Assembly: GCF_009914755.1 (NCBI RefSeq)
Contig: NC_060932.1
Reading direction: 5' to 3' (one strand)
Origin: the human T2T-CHM13v2.0 reference genome, Homo sapiens
Length of the DNA stretch: 64,000 nt
Of this stretch, positions 41,261 to 54,700 are shown in pieces. The notes beneath the pieces were generated by a model, which saw only the letters and a program-made list of their open reading frames with translations, was not told the DNA's origin and searched no databases. Made by a program: the position numbers and the translations under genes. Each line of letters opens with the position of its first letter. The first letter of the stretch is position 1.

Positions 41261-42287
41261 CTTTGTGGTTTTATCTACCTCTGTTCTTTGATGATGGTGA
41301 CGTACAGATGGGTTTTTGGTGTGGATGTCCTTTCTGTTTTTTAGTTTTCCTTCTAACAGTCTGAACCCTTAGCTGCAGGTCTGTTGGAGTTTACTGAAGG
41401 TCCACTCCAGACCCTGTTTGCCTGGGTAACAGCAGCGGTGGCTGCAGAACAGTGGATATTGGTGAATGGCAAATACTGCTGCCTGATCATTCCTCTGGAA
41501 GTTTTGTCTCAGAGGAGTACCTGGCCCTGTGAGGTGTCAGTCCATCCCTACTTGGGGGTGCCTCCCAGTTAGGCTACTCGGGGGTCAGGGACCCACTTGA
41601 GGAGGCAGTCTGCCCGTTCTCAGATCTCAAATTGTGTGCTGGGAGAACCACTACTCTCTTCAAAACTGTCAGACAGGGACATTTAAGACTGCAGAGGTTA
41701 TTGCGGTCTTTTGTTTGTCTGTGCCCTGGCCCCAGAGGTGGAGCCTACAGAGGCAGGCAGGCCTCTTTGAGCTGTGGTGGGCTTCACCCAGTTCGAGCTT
41801 CCCGGCCACTTTGTTTACCTATTCAAGCCTCAGCAATGGTGGGCGTCCCTCCCCCAGCCTCGCTGAAGCCTTGCAGTTTGATCTCAGACTGCTGTGCTAG
41901 CAATGAGCGAGGCTCTGTGGGCATAGGACCCTCTGAGCCAGGTGTGGGATATAATCTCCTAGTGTGCGGTTTGTTAAGCCCGTTGGAATAGCATAGTATT
42001 AGGGTGGGAGTGACCCAATTTTCCAGGTGCTGACTGTCACCCCTTTCTTTGACTAGGAAAGATAATTCCCCGACCCCTTGCACTTCCCGGGTGAGGTGAT
42101 GCCTCATCCTGCTTTGGCTCACGCATGGTGCACTGCACCCACTGTCCTGCACCCACTGTCCGGAACTCGCCTGTGAGATGAAACTGGTACCTCAGTTAGA
42201 AATGCAGAAATGACCCATCTTTTGCGTCACTGATGCTGGGAGCTGTAGACTGGAGCTGTTCCTATTCGGCCATCTTGGCTCCATCCC
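41261..42287 (-). promoter_or_regulatory. L1 5' UTR with sense internal promoter and antisense promoter region
   Basis: YY1 motif CAAGATGGCC at the 5' end; relatively GC-rich with eroded CpGs; ZNF93-type motif AGCAGCGGTGGCTGCAG at 41431-41447. Activity is not shown by the sequence. Confidence 0.75.
41836..41991 (+). pseudogene. L1 ORF0 homolog truncated to 51 aa
   Basis: MVGVPPPASLKPCSLISDCCASNERGSVGIGPSEPGVGYNLLVCGLLSPLE* matches the primate L1 ORF0 N-terminus; premature TAG. Confidence 0.85.
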
Positions 42288-44040
42288 TGGTGTGGGTTTT
42301 AATGATGAATCAATGCTGAGTTTTTAAATATTTTTTCTGTGACTATTGAGATCATCATTTTATCTTTATTTTTTATTCTGTCAATATGGTAGGTTACCTT
42401 AAATGATCTTTGGATATTATATCAGTTTTGCATTTCTTTAATAAATCTCACTTGATTTATAGTGACATAGTTTTCCATTGTTGTGACATCTATGTGTGGT
42501 TTTACTATCAGGATAATATTGGCCTCATGGAATGAGCTGAGAAACGTTCTTTCTCTATTTTCTGGAAGAATTTGCTGAATACCAGTATTAATTTCTTCTT
42601 AACATTTTTTATTGAATTTACAGTGAGCCCATCTGAACCTGGGCTTCCCTTTCTGAGAAGATTTTAAAAAAACTTTTTTTAAACTGCAATAATGTCTTAT
42701 TCTGTCACTCAGGCTAGAGAGCAGTGGCTCATAGTAATGTAGAAGTCCTGGGCTCAAGAGATTCCCTGCCTCAGCCTCCTGAGTAGCTGGAACCATAGAT
42801 GCACAGCACCAAGCCTACTTCTGAGAAGATTTTCAATTACTAATTCAATTTCTTGTTATAGGTCTATTCAGATTTTCTATTTATTTTTGATTCAGTTTCA
42901 GTAAATTAATTTTCTCTTCCAATGAATATCTCCAGTTCTTAAGTTTAAGTTGCCTAATTTTTTTTGGCAAAAGATTTCATGATTCTCTGCTACTCTTTTT
43001 AGTTTCTCTAAAGTGGAAATTTATGATTTGTTATCTTTCTATATTTCAGTAGTTTGTGTCTCCTCCATTTTTTCTTTGTCAGTATTGCTAATGATTTATG
43101 AATTTTTTTGATAGTTAAAAAAACAGCTTTTGTTTTGATGTTTCTGTTTCAATTTCATCACTTTACACTGTGATCATTTTATTTGCTTCCTTCTGCTTGC
43201 CTTGGGTTTAATTTATTCTTTTAATTTTAGTTTCTTAGCAAGGAAGTTGTTTCATATTTTTTAGATGAAAAACTTTTGCTTTCATAATATAAGTGAATAA
43301 ATTCATGAAATTTTCTCTAATGACCAGTTTCAATGAAGTCCAAAAATTTATATGTTGTGTTTATTGTGTATGTTAAGTAATATGGTCTAATTTTGCAACA
43401 TTTGAATATTTGCTAAATATATTTGTTATTACTTCCTAATTTAATCTCCTTTTTTAGAGAATAGACTGTTATTTTTTCTTTTAGCACTTTGAATGTCATT
43501 CTACTGTGTTCTTTTTCTGATAAACAGTTGAATGTTAATTACATTGCTGTTCTTCTATACACAATAAGGTGTTTTTCTTTCCCTGCTTTTAAGATTCTGT
43601 TTTTATTTCACTTCAAATCATTTGATTATGACGTATCTAAGGGTAAATTTCTTAATGTTACCCACTTGGAATTTGTTAAGACACACTCATTTGGATTTAT
43701 AATGTCATTTTTTTTCATAAAATTTGGAAATTTTTTATCCATTTTTTTTTTTTACATATTTTTTATTCCCCTCTTTGTCTTTTCCTCCTGGAACACTCAT
43801 TACATAGACGTTTATATGCTTATTAATTCCCACAGGACTTTTTGATTTTTTTCATTTTTCTTTATTCTCTTTTCTGTTCTTCATATTATGTAATATTTAT
43901 TGACATGATTTCAAACTCACTGTTTCTTTATTATTTCAAATCTTGTCTTTATCATGTTTAGTAAGTTTTTCCATCTGGTTCTATTTGCAGTTTATATTTC
44001 TTTGTTGAAATCCTTTTTTTGAGGTGTTTTAATCATATTT
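42288..44040 (-). mobile_element. Ancient L1M fragments (mid-ORF2, then ORF1-like)
   Basis: T-rich strand with L1 motifs ATCAGGATAATATTGGCCTCATGGAATGAG and TATAGGTCTATTCAGATTTTCTATT; ORF1-like from ~43470. Confidence 0.75.
42666..42818 (-). mobile_element. Alu monomer (FRAM/FAM-like)
   Basis: CCTGCCTCAGCCTCCTGAGTAGCTGG core; 15-bp TSD TTCTGAGAAGATTTT (42651-42665, 42819-42833). Confidence 0.85.
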
Positions 44041-45599
44041 TACTCTACAATTTTCATCATGTTGTGCTTATACAGTTGTATGAGATATACATCACATACC
44101 ACAAAGTTTCCCTTTTAAAATGTAAAATTCAGCAGCTTTTGGTATACTTATAGTTGTGCGACCAATACTGCCATATAATTTTAAAAGATTTTCATCACGC
44201 CAATATAAAATTTATACTGACTAGCAGAAATCAAACCATTGATCTACTTTCTTTAGCTTTGTATTTGCCCATCACATTTCATATAATAAATCGAACCATA
44301 TGATACTTGTACTTTTGTACCTGCTTTCTTTCACATAGCATGACCTTGTCAAGATTCATGCATGGTGTGATATGTCACAGTGCTTTATTCTTTTCTTACG
44401 GTTGGATAATATTGTATTATATGGATAAGTCACCATTTGTTTATTTATTCACCAGTTGATGAATATTAGTTTTATTTATTTTTTTGGTTATTTGGAATAA
44501 TGTTGCTATGAACATTCACTATGAACATTCATGTACCAGATTATGTGTAAAAATATTTTTTCAAATCTCTTGGGTTTATACTTAAAATGGACTTGCTAAG
44601 TCTTATATAAATTCTGTACTTGACATTTTGCGGAACTGTTAAACTGTTTTCCAAAGTGACTGTATCTTTCTGCATTCCCAGGAGCAATATATGATGGTAC
44701 CAATTTCTTCACAACCTGGCCAACACTTGTAAATGTCTAGTCATCCTAGTTGGTATGAAGTAGTATCTGATTGCTGTTTTGATTTACATCTACCTAACAA
44801 CCAATGATGTTGAGCGTATTTATATTGTATTGACCATTTATATATCTTCTTTAGGGAAATGTTTATTCGAATAATTTATCTATTTTCAAGTTGGGTTGTC
44901 ATTTTATTGTTGATTTGCAAGATGTTTTTAAATACCTATTCTTGATTATAGAGCCTCATCCGATATATAACTTGCAATTTTTTTCTCCCATTCTATGGGT
45001 TTGCCTTTTCACTCACTTTGATGTGTCCTTTGATGTACAAAAATATTCATTTTGATGAAATGTGATTTATCCATATTTTGCTATATTTTTGTACTTTGGG
45101 TTTTATACCTAAAAACCCATTGCCTAATCCATGTTCATGAAGAACCACATGTATGTTTTCTTCTACAAGTTTCAGTGATTCAGCTCTTATATTTAGGTTT
45201 TTGATTCATTTTGAGTTAATTTTTCTATTTCCTGTAACACATAATGAAAAAGTCATTCTATTGTATTTGAATATTAAGTTGTCACAGCACCATTTGTTGA
45301 AGAGACTTTTATTTCTTTATTAAATGGCATTTGCACACAAGTTGAAACTCAATTGACCATAGATATATTGGTTTATTGCTAGAATTTAAATTCCATTTTA
45401 TTGATTTATATGTGTCTTTTCATACAGTGTAGCTTACTATTAAATTTTTAAATTGAAAAGTATGAATTCTCAAACTTTGTTCTTTTAAAGATTTTTTTTT
45501 TTGGCTGTTCTGAGTTGCTTGTATTTCTGTATAAATTTTAGGATCAGCTTGCCAATTTTTGTAAAAATGCAGCCACAAATTTGAAAGAGAGTTTATTGA

Positions 45600-45965
<366 letters not shown>

Positions 45966-46885
45966 AAGTATTGCTATTGTAATATTATGTTTTCCAACCA
46001 AAATGTCTTTCCATTTACTTATATCCTCTTAATTTACTTAATGAGATCAGTGTAAAAGGCTGATCTCATTGGTGGAATTGTTTTCTTTTGGATTATGCAT
46101 TGCGAGTGTTGAGAAAAAAACTGATTTGGTATATATTGTTCTTGTACCTTATAATTTAATTAGCTCTAATAAAATTTTTTGTTGTTGATTCCTTAGGAGT
46201 TTTTAAAAATATATAATTGTCTACATAAAGAAATAGTGTTAGTTCTTACTTTTTAATCTGAATAGCTTTTATTTCATTGTTTTGCTTTTTTTCCCTGAAT
46301 ACAACCTTTAGCATAACGTGAATACAGAATGTGAGAGTGGGTCATCTTGTCTTCTAGATTTTGGGAGGAAAGCTTAAAGTTATTAATCATTAAAGTTATT
46401 AAACCTTAAAGTATAATGTTTCCTGTGGGGTTTTCATAGATGTCCTTTATCAGATGAGGAAGTTCCTTTTCATGAGTGTATTTATTATGAAGAAGTGATA
46501 GATTTTGTCAAATAGTTTTTGTGTTTATTGATCACATGCTTTATTGTTCTTTATTCCACTGATATGGTGCATTGCATTGATTGACTTTTGTATGTTGAAC
46601 CTACATTGTGTTGCTGGGAAGAATCCTGCTCTGTCATGGTATACAACTTCTTGTGTGTTGTTAAACTAGCTATTCTGCTTGAGGATATTGACATCTATAT
46701 TCATAAAAGATATTGGTCTGTATTTTACTTTTCATGTAATTTCTTTGTCTGGCTTTGCTATTTAGACAATATTGACCTAAAAAAAAAAATAAGCTGTGAA
46801 GTGTTTCCTTCTCGTCTCTACTTTGGAAGATTTTGTGAAATATTGTTGTCAATTAATTAAACATTTGATGAAATTAAATTAAACA

Positions 46886-47024
46886 TGCTGGACATGGTGA
46901 CATGTGCCTGTAGTCCTAGCTACTTGGCAGACTGATGTAGGACCATCCCTTGAGCCCAGGGTTTTGATGCCAGCCTGAGCAACATAGTGAGACCCCCATC
47001 TCTAAAATAATTAATTAACTAATT
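46886..47024 (+). mobile_element. FLAM_A-like Alu monomer
   Basis: GCCTGTAGTCCTAGCTACTTGG...CTTGAGCCCAGG...CAACATAGTGAGACCCCCATCTCT; TSD AATTAAACA. Confidence 0.85.
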
Positions 47025-47139
47025 AATTAAACAGTGAAAACATCTGTTCATGTGCTTTCTGTTTAATTTTTTTTTGCTTATTAATTATTTTTAGTTGTTT
47101 TGGGTCTGTTGGATTTTATATTCTTCTCTAATTAGTTTC

Positions 47140-47521
47140 CGATATGGTTTGGCTCTGTTTCCCCACTCAAATCTCATGTTGAGTTTTAATCCCCAGTGTT
47201 GGAGGAGGTGCCCAGTGGGAGGTCACTGAATCATGGGAGTGGAATTCCTCCTTGCTGTTTTTGTGATAGTGAGTGAGTTATCATGAGATCTGGTTGATTA
47301 AAAGTGTGTAGCACTTCCCCCTTCACTCTCTCTCTCCTCCTCCACCACATGAAGACGTGCCTGCTTCCCCTTTGCCTTCCACCATAATTGTAAGTTTCCT
47401 GAGGCCTCTCCAGCCATGCTTCCTGTACAGCCTGAAGAACTGTTAGTCAATTAAACCTCTTTTCTTTATAAATTACCCAGTCTTAGGTAGTTCATTTAAG
47501 CAATGAAAATGGACTAATATT
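47140..47521 (+). mobile_element. MSTA (short, THE1D-like) MaLR solo LTR
   Basis: GATATGGTTTGGCTCTG...ATTAAACCTCTTTTCTTTATAAATTACCCAGTC...GGACTAATA; 5-bp TSD GTTTC. Confidence 0.92.
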
Positions 47522-47597
47522 GTTTCTACTTTTCTAGGATATATTTTTATGTCATCTAGGCTCTCTGATATGTTGGCATACAATTATTCACTGTATT

Positions 47598-48160
47598 TGT
47601 TATAGCACCACAAGTTTATATGCCCACTGTGTGGTAACAAATCAGTATACTGAGACAGTGGAATGTGCAGCAGAGAAAGGGTTTAAGGATGTCTGGGTGG
47701 TTGAGTGAAGGGATGGGAAGAGACCCTCAAATCCATCTCCCTGAGCAGTTCTGGGCTGGGATTCTTGAGGAGATTGTGGAGGACAAAATGCTAGAAAATT
47801 TGGGTCTTTGATAGGTTGAAGTAAGGGGGATAAAATCATCAGGATGTGGAAACTGCATTCTTTAGTGAGTCTGTTTCTCAGGGAGTCCTTCAGACCATCT
47901 GACTTTGAAACATCCCACTGATATGCAGGACCTGAATAAATATCTCAAATGGAAAACATAATGTTTCCTAATGTTTACATCATTATCTGTAAAGAAGTTA
48001 AGGGGGTGAGAGGGGCAGTAGGCAGTGAACAACCATGAGGAAGCAGATCTGAGAGCAGGCTAATTAATGATTAATGTGAAATGTGCTGCAAGCTTGGTTT
48101 AATTTTATTTATCACTCTTCTTCCTTGTTTAATTGTATAAAGTATATAGGGATAGTTCTA
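47598..48160 (-). mobile_element. ERV1 solo LTR (LTR36-like)
   Basis: TGTTATAG... terminus; GCAGCAGAGAAAGGGTTTAA, CCTCAAATCCATCTCCC, GTGCTGCAAGCTTGGTTT; possible TSD TA(T/G)T. Confidence 0.75.
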
Positions 48161-49747
48161 TAGTCTCCTGTAATCTGTTTTTATTTCTGTAAGGTCAGTG
48201 TTGATGTGCTTGTTTCATTCCTCATATTAGTATTGAATATTCTCTATTTTACTTAGTTGGTATAGTTAGTTGTTTGCTCTGTCAAAGAAAGTTCTCTGAT
48301 TTAAATGACATTCTCTTTACTGTTTATTTTAATTTATTTACAACGTAACATTCATCCTTTCTTTTCTTCTGTTTGCTTTAGGTCTAGTTTGCTGTTTTTA
48401 TAGCTTTAAGCTGGAAGTTTATGTTACCAATGTAAGATGTTTCTAGTTTTCAGTACATATGTTTACAGCAATAAACTGCTTTCTAAATACTGTTTTAGCT
48501 GAATTTCATAAGTTTTAATATGACATTTTTCTTTAAATTTATCTCAAATTGTTTTCTAATTTCCCTTGCGATTTCCTCTTCTTTTTTTTTTTTTTTTTTT
48601 TTTGTTATTTAGGGGTGTGTTAATTATGACATATTTGTAAATTTTTTCTACTTTTATTTCATTGTGGTTAGAGAAGATAGTTTGTATCATTTTAGTTTTT
48701 TTACATGTAGTGATACTTGTTTTACGGCTGAACATATAGTTCTTATTGGAAAATATTCTATGTACACTTGAGAAGAATGTGACTTCTGCTGTTGTTAAGT
48801 GCTTGGTGGATTCATTTAAATACATTGGTTAAATTTACTTCATATGTTATGTTTCAGGTCTTTTAGTTCTTTCTTGATCTGCTGCATCATTTTCTATCAT
48901 TATTGAAAGAAATATTGAAGTCACCAAATATTGCTTAATTTCATATTTCTCTCTTTAATTATGTCAGTTTTTACTTTCTGTATTTGGGGTTGTGTTGGTA
49001 GTTGCATGTAAGTTTTCATCAGTTATATCTTGATTGATTGACATTATAATCACAATAAAATTATCCTCATCTCTAGTAACAATTTATATTGTAAAGTATA
49101 TTTTTCTTAAATTAGTACAGCCCTTCCAGCTCTCTTCTGTTTACTGTTTGCATGTTATGTATTTTCCCTCAACTTATTTACAATCTACTTGTGATTTTGA
49201 ACATGAATATGACTCTTTTAAACACCTAATATTTGGGTGAGGCTTTTTATTCATTCCTCCAATTTCTATCTTTTTAATTGGAGTGTTTATTTATTGATAA
49301 TGAAATAGTGATAAAATAAGATTCATGTCTGTCATTTTATTACTTGTTTTCTGGTCTTAGGACATTTTTTATTATTACATTCTTCTATTACTGCCTCATT
49401 TTGTATGCCAGCGAAATTTTATCAGAAGTGACACCAACAAAATGCTAGAGCAGATAGCTCCAAGATTCTGTTCTTCCACAAAGGGGCTTTGAAAAACTTG
49501 CAGCTACTTTTAGAGCTAACTTTGTCAGAATCTGGAACACAGTCAGATGTTTAGAGCAACCAAACAAATGTTGCATCAAGAAAATGACATTTCAGAAATT
49601 TAGGTAAAACTTTGTGGCATTTTTACTTGCCCTTCTTCTACATCCTTTCCAGCTCAGTGGCATTGCTGAAGATTCCAACCTATCCTCTCAGTGTGAAAAT
49701 CCTTGTCCCTGATTAAGGAGAAAGCAAAGTCCAACTTATTTACAAGG

Positions 49748-49866
49748 TATTATATATATATATAATAAATATATATATATATATAATATTTATATATATA
49801 AAAATAAATATATATATAATTAATATATTTATATATATATAAATAAATATTATATATATATATTTT
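49748..49866. repeat. Pure A/T, (TA)n-rich low-complexity tract
   Basis: About 119 bp without G or C, with several (TA)n runs. Confidence 0.95.
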
Positions 49867-51230
49867 CTAACTTGCATAGGAGCTACCAGAAGGACTGATG
49901 TAAAGTGAACATGTCCATTTTGCCTAAGTCATGGATCACACAGTTCAGCAACATGTTAGACATTGCTTAAAAATATTGTAAGGTGAACAAATACCCCCAA
50001 AATGCATGACACAAATGATTATAGTTGAGGAAGGATACAGTTTCTAAGGCCCAGGGAGAAAAGCTGGACAGAGTTTATTTGGGAAATTAGGGAATACATA
50101 AACACTTAGAAAATTATATACATGCCAAGGTTATGATGTGTAATCATAAAAGACCAAAGAAGACCCTATGCTTTCAACTCCAGTTAATGATTAAGTTCAG
50201 TGCAAGCTTGGCTAAGTCAGCACAGAATCGATCTTCAAAGAGTGTGAGAAGTGGCTTACTTTGTTTTGCTTTGCTTTTTATTTGTTTAAACTCTTTCAGC
50301 TCTTGGCATTCAAAGATAACTGTCAAAACATCAGCTGAACACTAAATAAGCAACCTTACTGACCAGAAACAACAAGAAACACAGTCTCTGCAAAAGTAGT
50401 TATGAAAAGCCACTATACAAGTGGACTACTACAGCCTCCAACAACCAAAACTCTGCAAAGCCTGGGGAAGGAGCAGATTCTGACTTTAACAGTAATCCCA
50501 ATACATTATTCAAATGTCTCATTTTCAACAACAACAACAAAAATGACAAGCACATAATGAAATGAGAAAGTACAAAATGCTATAAAAGACAGCTCCAAGA
50601 TTCTATTCTTCCAAAAATGGGCTTTGAAAAACTAGCAGCTACTTTTAGGGCCACTCAGAACCACTAAGTAAATTGGCAGAAACCATTACTAAAGAAATAT
50701 AGATGTTGGACTTGCTAGAAAAAGGACTTATGATAATTGTCTTAAATATGCACAAAGAGCTGAAGAAAAACATAGGCAAAGAATGGAAGGAAATTAGGTA
50801 AACAATGTATGAACAAAATGACAGTATCACTAAGGAGATGGAAATTATAAATAGGGAACAAACAAAATTCTGTAGCAGAAAAGTATAATTGAAATGATAT
50901 GTTCATTAGAGAGGTGTATCAACAGACGTGAGCAGGCAGGAGACAGAATCAGCAAAATTGAAGATAGGAGAATTGAAGATGTACATTTGGGGGAACAGAA
51001 AGAGAAAAAAATGAACAGAATGGGAGACACCAGGGAATTACTATCAGGCAGGCCAAAATACACATTATGGTAATCTCAAAATATTTGAAAAAAAAAAAAG
51101 GCTGGAAGCAGCATAAAGTTGATGAAAGACATTGATATACACATCCAAACAACTAAACCTAAATTTAAAAAAAACTCAAAAAATAAATCACACTTCATCA
51201 CATTATAATCACAGTTGAAAGGCAAAGACA

Positions 51231-51547
51231 GGCTGGGCATGGAGCCTCATACCTATAACCCCAGCCCTTTGGGAGGCCGAGGTGGGTGTATAACTTGAGG
51301 TCAGGAGTTTGAGATCGGCCTGGCCAACATAGTTAAACCCCATTTCTACTAAAAATACAAAAGTTAGCCAAGTGTGGTAGCAGGCACCTGTAATCCCAGA
51401 CTACTTGGGAGGGTGAGGCAGGAGAATTGCTTGAACCTGGGAGGCAGAGGTTGCAGTGAACCAAGATCATACTACTGCACTCCATCCCTCCAGCCTAGGT
51501 GACAAAGTGAGACTCTGTCTCAAAAAAAAAAAAAAAAAAAGAAAAGA
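51231..51547 (+). mobile_element. AluS (Sx/Sz-like)
   Basis: Full dimer with poly(A); short TSD AAAGACA. Confidence 0.95.
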
Positions 51548-51739
51548 AAAGACAAAAAGAATCTTGAAAGTATCACAAAGAAGCAATTCATCACATATGT
51601 GGCATCCTCAATGAGATTAATAACTGATTTTTTATCAGAAACCAAGGAATGACATATTTAAAGTGTTTGAAGAATAAAAAAGGCCTGTCAATCAATAATT
51701 CTATATCTAACAAAACTGGCTTTCATAATGAAAAAGAGT

Positions 51740-54700
51740 TTGGGTTTCTGGCCACCATGTAAGGATTCAGGAAATCATCACTTTCATTAACATATCAGGC
51801 AAAATATTGAATAAATGGAAAATCAAAAACTCCCCATGGATTAATTTGATAATTCTCAGGGCAAAGTGATGCTCCCCAGATTGGAGGGACAGAAGACAGG
51901 AAGACAGGGAGAATCACTTGGTGGAGGAGATACCCACTTTGTGGGATGCAGCACTAGGGCAGGAAAACCTAAACTGTAATTGATAAATTTCTGAAGGTTC
52001 AGGGCGAAAAAGTTGGGGAGTTAAAAACTCCAGAAAAATCCAATCTTAGGACAACTCTTAAATTTTGGGAGTTTTAGCTCAAGGACCCCTACATGATTCT
52101 CAAACAGAATATAACAAAAACAGAAGCTCTTATGCTTCCAGAAGGGGGAAGGCGGGGGGATTAACCATTTAAAATACGCTCTGAGTATTCTCTTATTTTT
52201 AACCAAGTCTTCCCTCAAGGCAAATTGTTTGACCAGAGCCTTAGGGTAACCCTTAAAGAGCTTAATCCACTGTAGTTCTAACACAGATTGACAGACCTGG
52301 ATGAAGAGAAATACTCAAGTCCAGCTGCTGCTAGCTTTCCATGTGGGGAATGGCCCAGATCCAAATCTCTTTAGCCTTCCCATCTTGCCTAAGACAGTGG
52401 GGGAAACCCAAGGAGTACTTGTGATGATCATAGCCTAAAAGGAGAGGCTCACTAAAAGACTAAAACATAATCATAGGACCATGGAGTGCTTCCCCTCCCC
52501 TCCAATGTTACCTGGAGACTCTTGTATAATGACAGGGAATTAGAACTAAAAGAACTGCATATCTCAGACCTTATTAATAAGTATCTAGCAAACCCCCCAA
52601 ATCAGAGGAGAGACAAATCAAAGGATATCAAACAAAGAACACCATTAGCTATAGGATACAGTAAAGAAGCTTAATTGCTAGAACTGTAAATGACAATACA
52701 GGTCATTTACCTTAGTTCCTTTATCTAGTGCATTATGTCTGGCTTTCAAAAAAATCAAACACAATAAAAGACACAGACAGACAGACAAACACACAGAAAC
52801 ACACACAGAGTTTGATGAGACCATATAAACATCAGAACCAAACTGGAATATGGAAGAGATGATGGAAATATTAGATTAGAACTTTAAAATATCTATAATC
52901 ATCATGCTAAGAATTTTAATGGAAAAAGTGGACAAAATGTAAAAAAAGATGTGTAGTATAAGCAAAGAGACAGAGCATCTAAGAAAAAAATCAAATATAA
53001 TGTATGTTAGAAATTAGAAACATTGTAACATAAATGTATTTGATGGACTCATTGCTTGATGAGATAGCAATACAAACTTCCAAAATTAAAATGAAAACAG
53101 AAAAAGCAATGAAAGAGACAGTACAGCTATCTGAAAACTATGGGACCATTAACATATGTGTAATGGGAATATCAGAAGGAGAAAAAATGTTTGAAGCTAT
53201 AATAACTGAGAATTATCAAAATTAATGATAGACACCTAACCCCAGAACTAGGAAGCTCAGAGAACACCATCAGGCTCAATACTAAAAAATATACACCTGT
53301 GAATACCGTATTAAATCTAAGAAAAATAGAAAAGAGAAATAAAAGAGCTTGAAAGACATCTGAGGGGTAACAAAAAACTTTGCCTGTAGAGGAGCAAGAA
53401 TAAAAATCGCATGAAACTTCTCCTCAAAAATATGCAAGCAAAAATAGAGTGAAAAGAATAGGCTCACTAAAAGACTAAAGTATTTAAAGTGTTGAAGAAA
53501 AACTCATCAAGCTACAATTCTGTGTCCAGAGAAATTATCTTTCAAAAACTCTTATTTCAAAGAAATAAAAACCAAAAAAAAAAAATGAAAGAGGAAAGAC
53601 TCAAGTAACTAAAATAAAAAATGAATGTGGGATGTTATGATAGAGCTTACAGAAATACAAATGATTAGAACAGAATACTATGAACAGTAGTGCCACAACA
53701 AACATAACAACCTAAACAAAAAGGACTTATCTCTACAAGCACAAATTTTCTAAACAAATTCAATAAGAAATAGAAATTTTTAACAGAACTATAACAAATA
53801 AAGAGTTCCAATGGTTAGAGAAGTCCAGAACCAAATGACTTCATTCATGAGTTCTAACAAGCATTTAAAAAAAGAATTAACACCAATCCTTCTCACATCC
53901 TTCCATAAAATAGGAAAGAAACATATACATCCTCATTAATTATATGGTATTAGCATTACATTGATTCTAAAGCCAGTTTAAAAAATAACAGAAATTACAG
54001 ACCAATATCATTTATGGTATAAATTCCAATCATATGAATATGAATTATGAATATAAATGCCCATGTCCTTGACAATGTATTAGCAAATCAAGTTCAACAG
54101 CATATAATTGAATTATGCATCATGGCCAAGTGGGATTTATACCATCAATAGAAGAGTGGTTTAACATAAGAAAATCCATGTAATATACCTCATTGATAGA
54201 ATTTAGGAATAAAAACACACAGGGTTATCTCAATTGAATTAGGAAAGGCGTTTGGTGAAATACAACCACTTCTCATGATAAAAATCCTCAGAAAACTGGA
54301 ATAGAAGGAAACTTCCTCACGCAAAAGAAGATACTTTCTGAAAAACACAGAGGCAACATAATGCTCACTGAGGAAAGACTGCAATCTTTCCCTTTAAGGT
54401 TAGGAAAAAACAAGGATGTATACCTCCCCTACTACTAATAAACCTTGTACTGGAGGTTCTGACCAAGGCAATTAATCAAAAAAAAAGAAATAAAGATTAC
54501 TGAAAATGGAAAGAAAAATTTACAGTTAACATGACCCTGTACGTGTTAAAACTCCCAAAATCTGTAGGAAATCTATTAGAGCTAATATTAATACATGCAG
54601 AAAAGTCATAGGGTACGTTATCAACACAGGAAAATATACTGTGCCTCTATCTACCAGTAAATAAAAATATAAAGAACAAATGAAGAAAAAATTATATTTA

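Larger units (their letters stand above)
49420..51738 (+). mobile_element. Ancient L1M 5' UTR and ORF1 fragment
   Basis: ORF1-like A-rich segment 50690-51735 (AGCAGGCAGGAGACAGAATCAGCAAAATTGAAGATAGG; ATAATTCTATATCTAACAAAACTG). Confidence 0.7.

Noticed and set aside
42134-42162. 14-bp tandem repeat TGCACCCACTGTCC in the L1 5' UTR
   Set aside because: As I recall, an inherited feature of L1PA4/5-age 5' UTRs and not locus-specific
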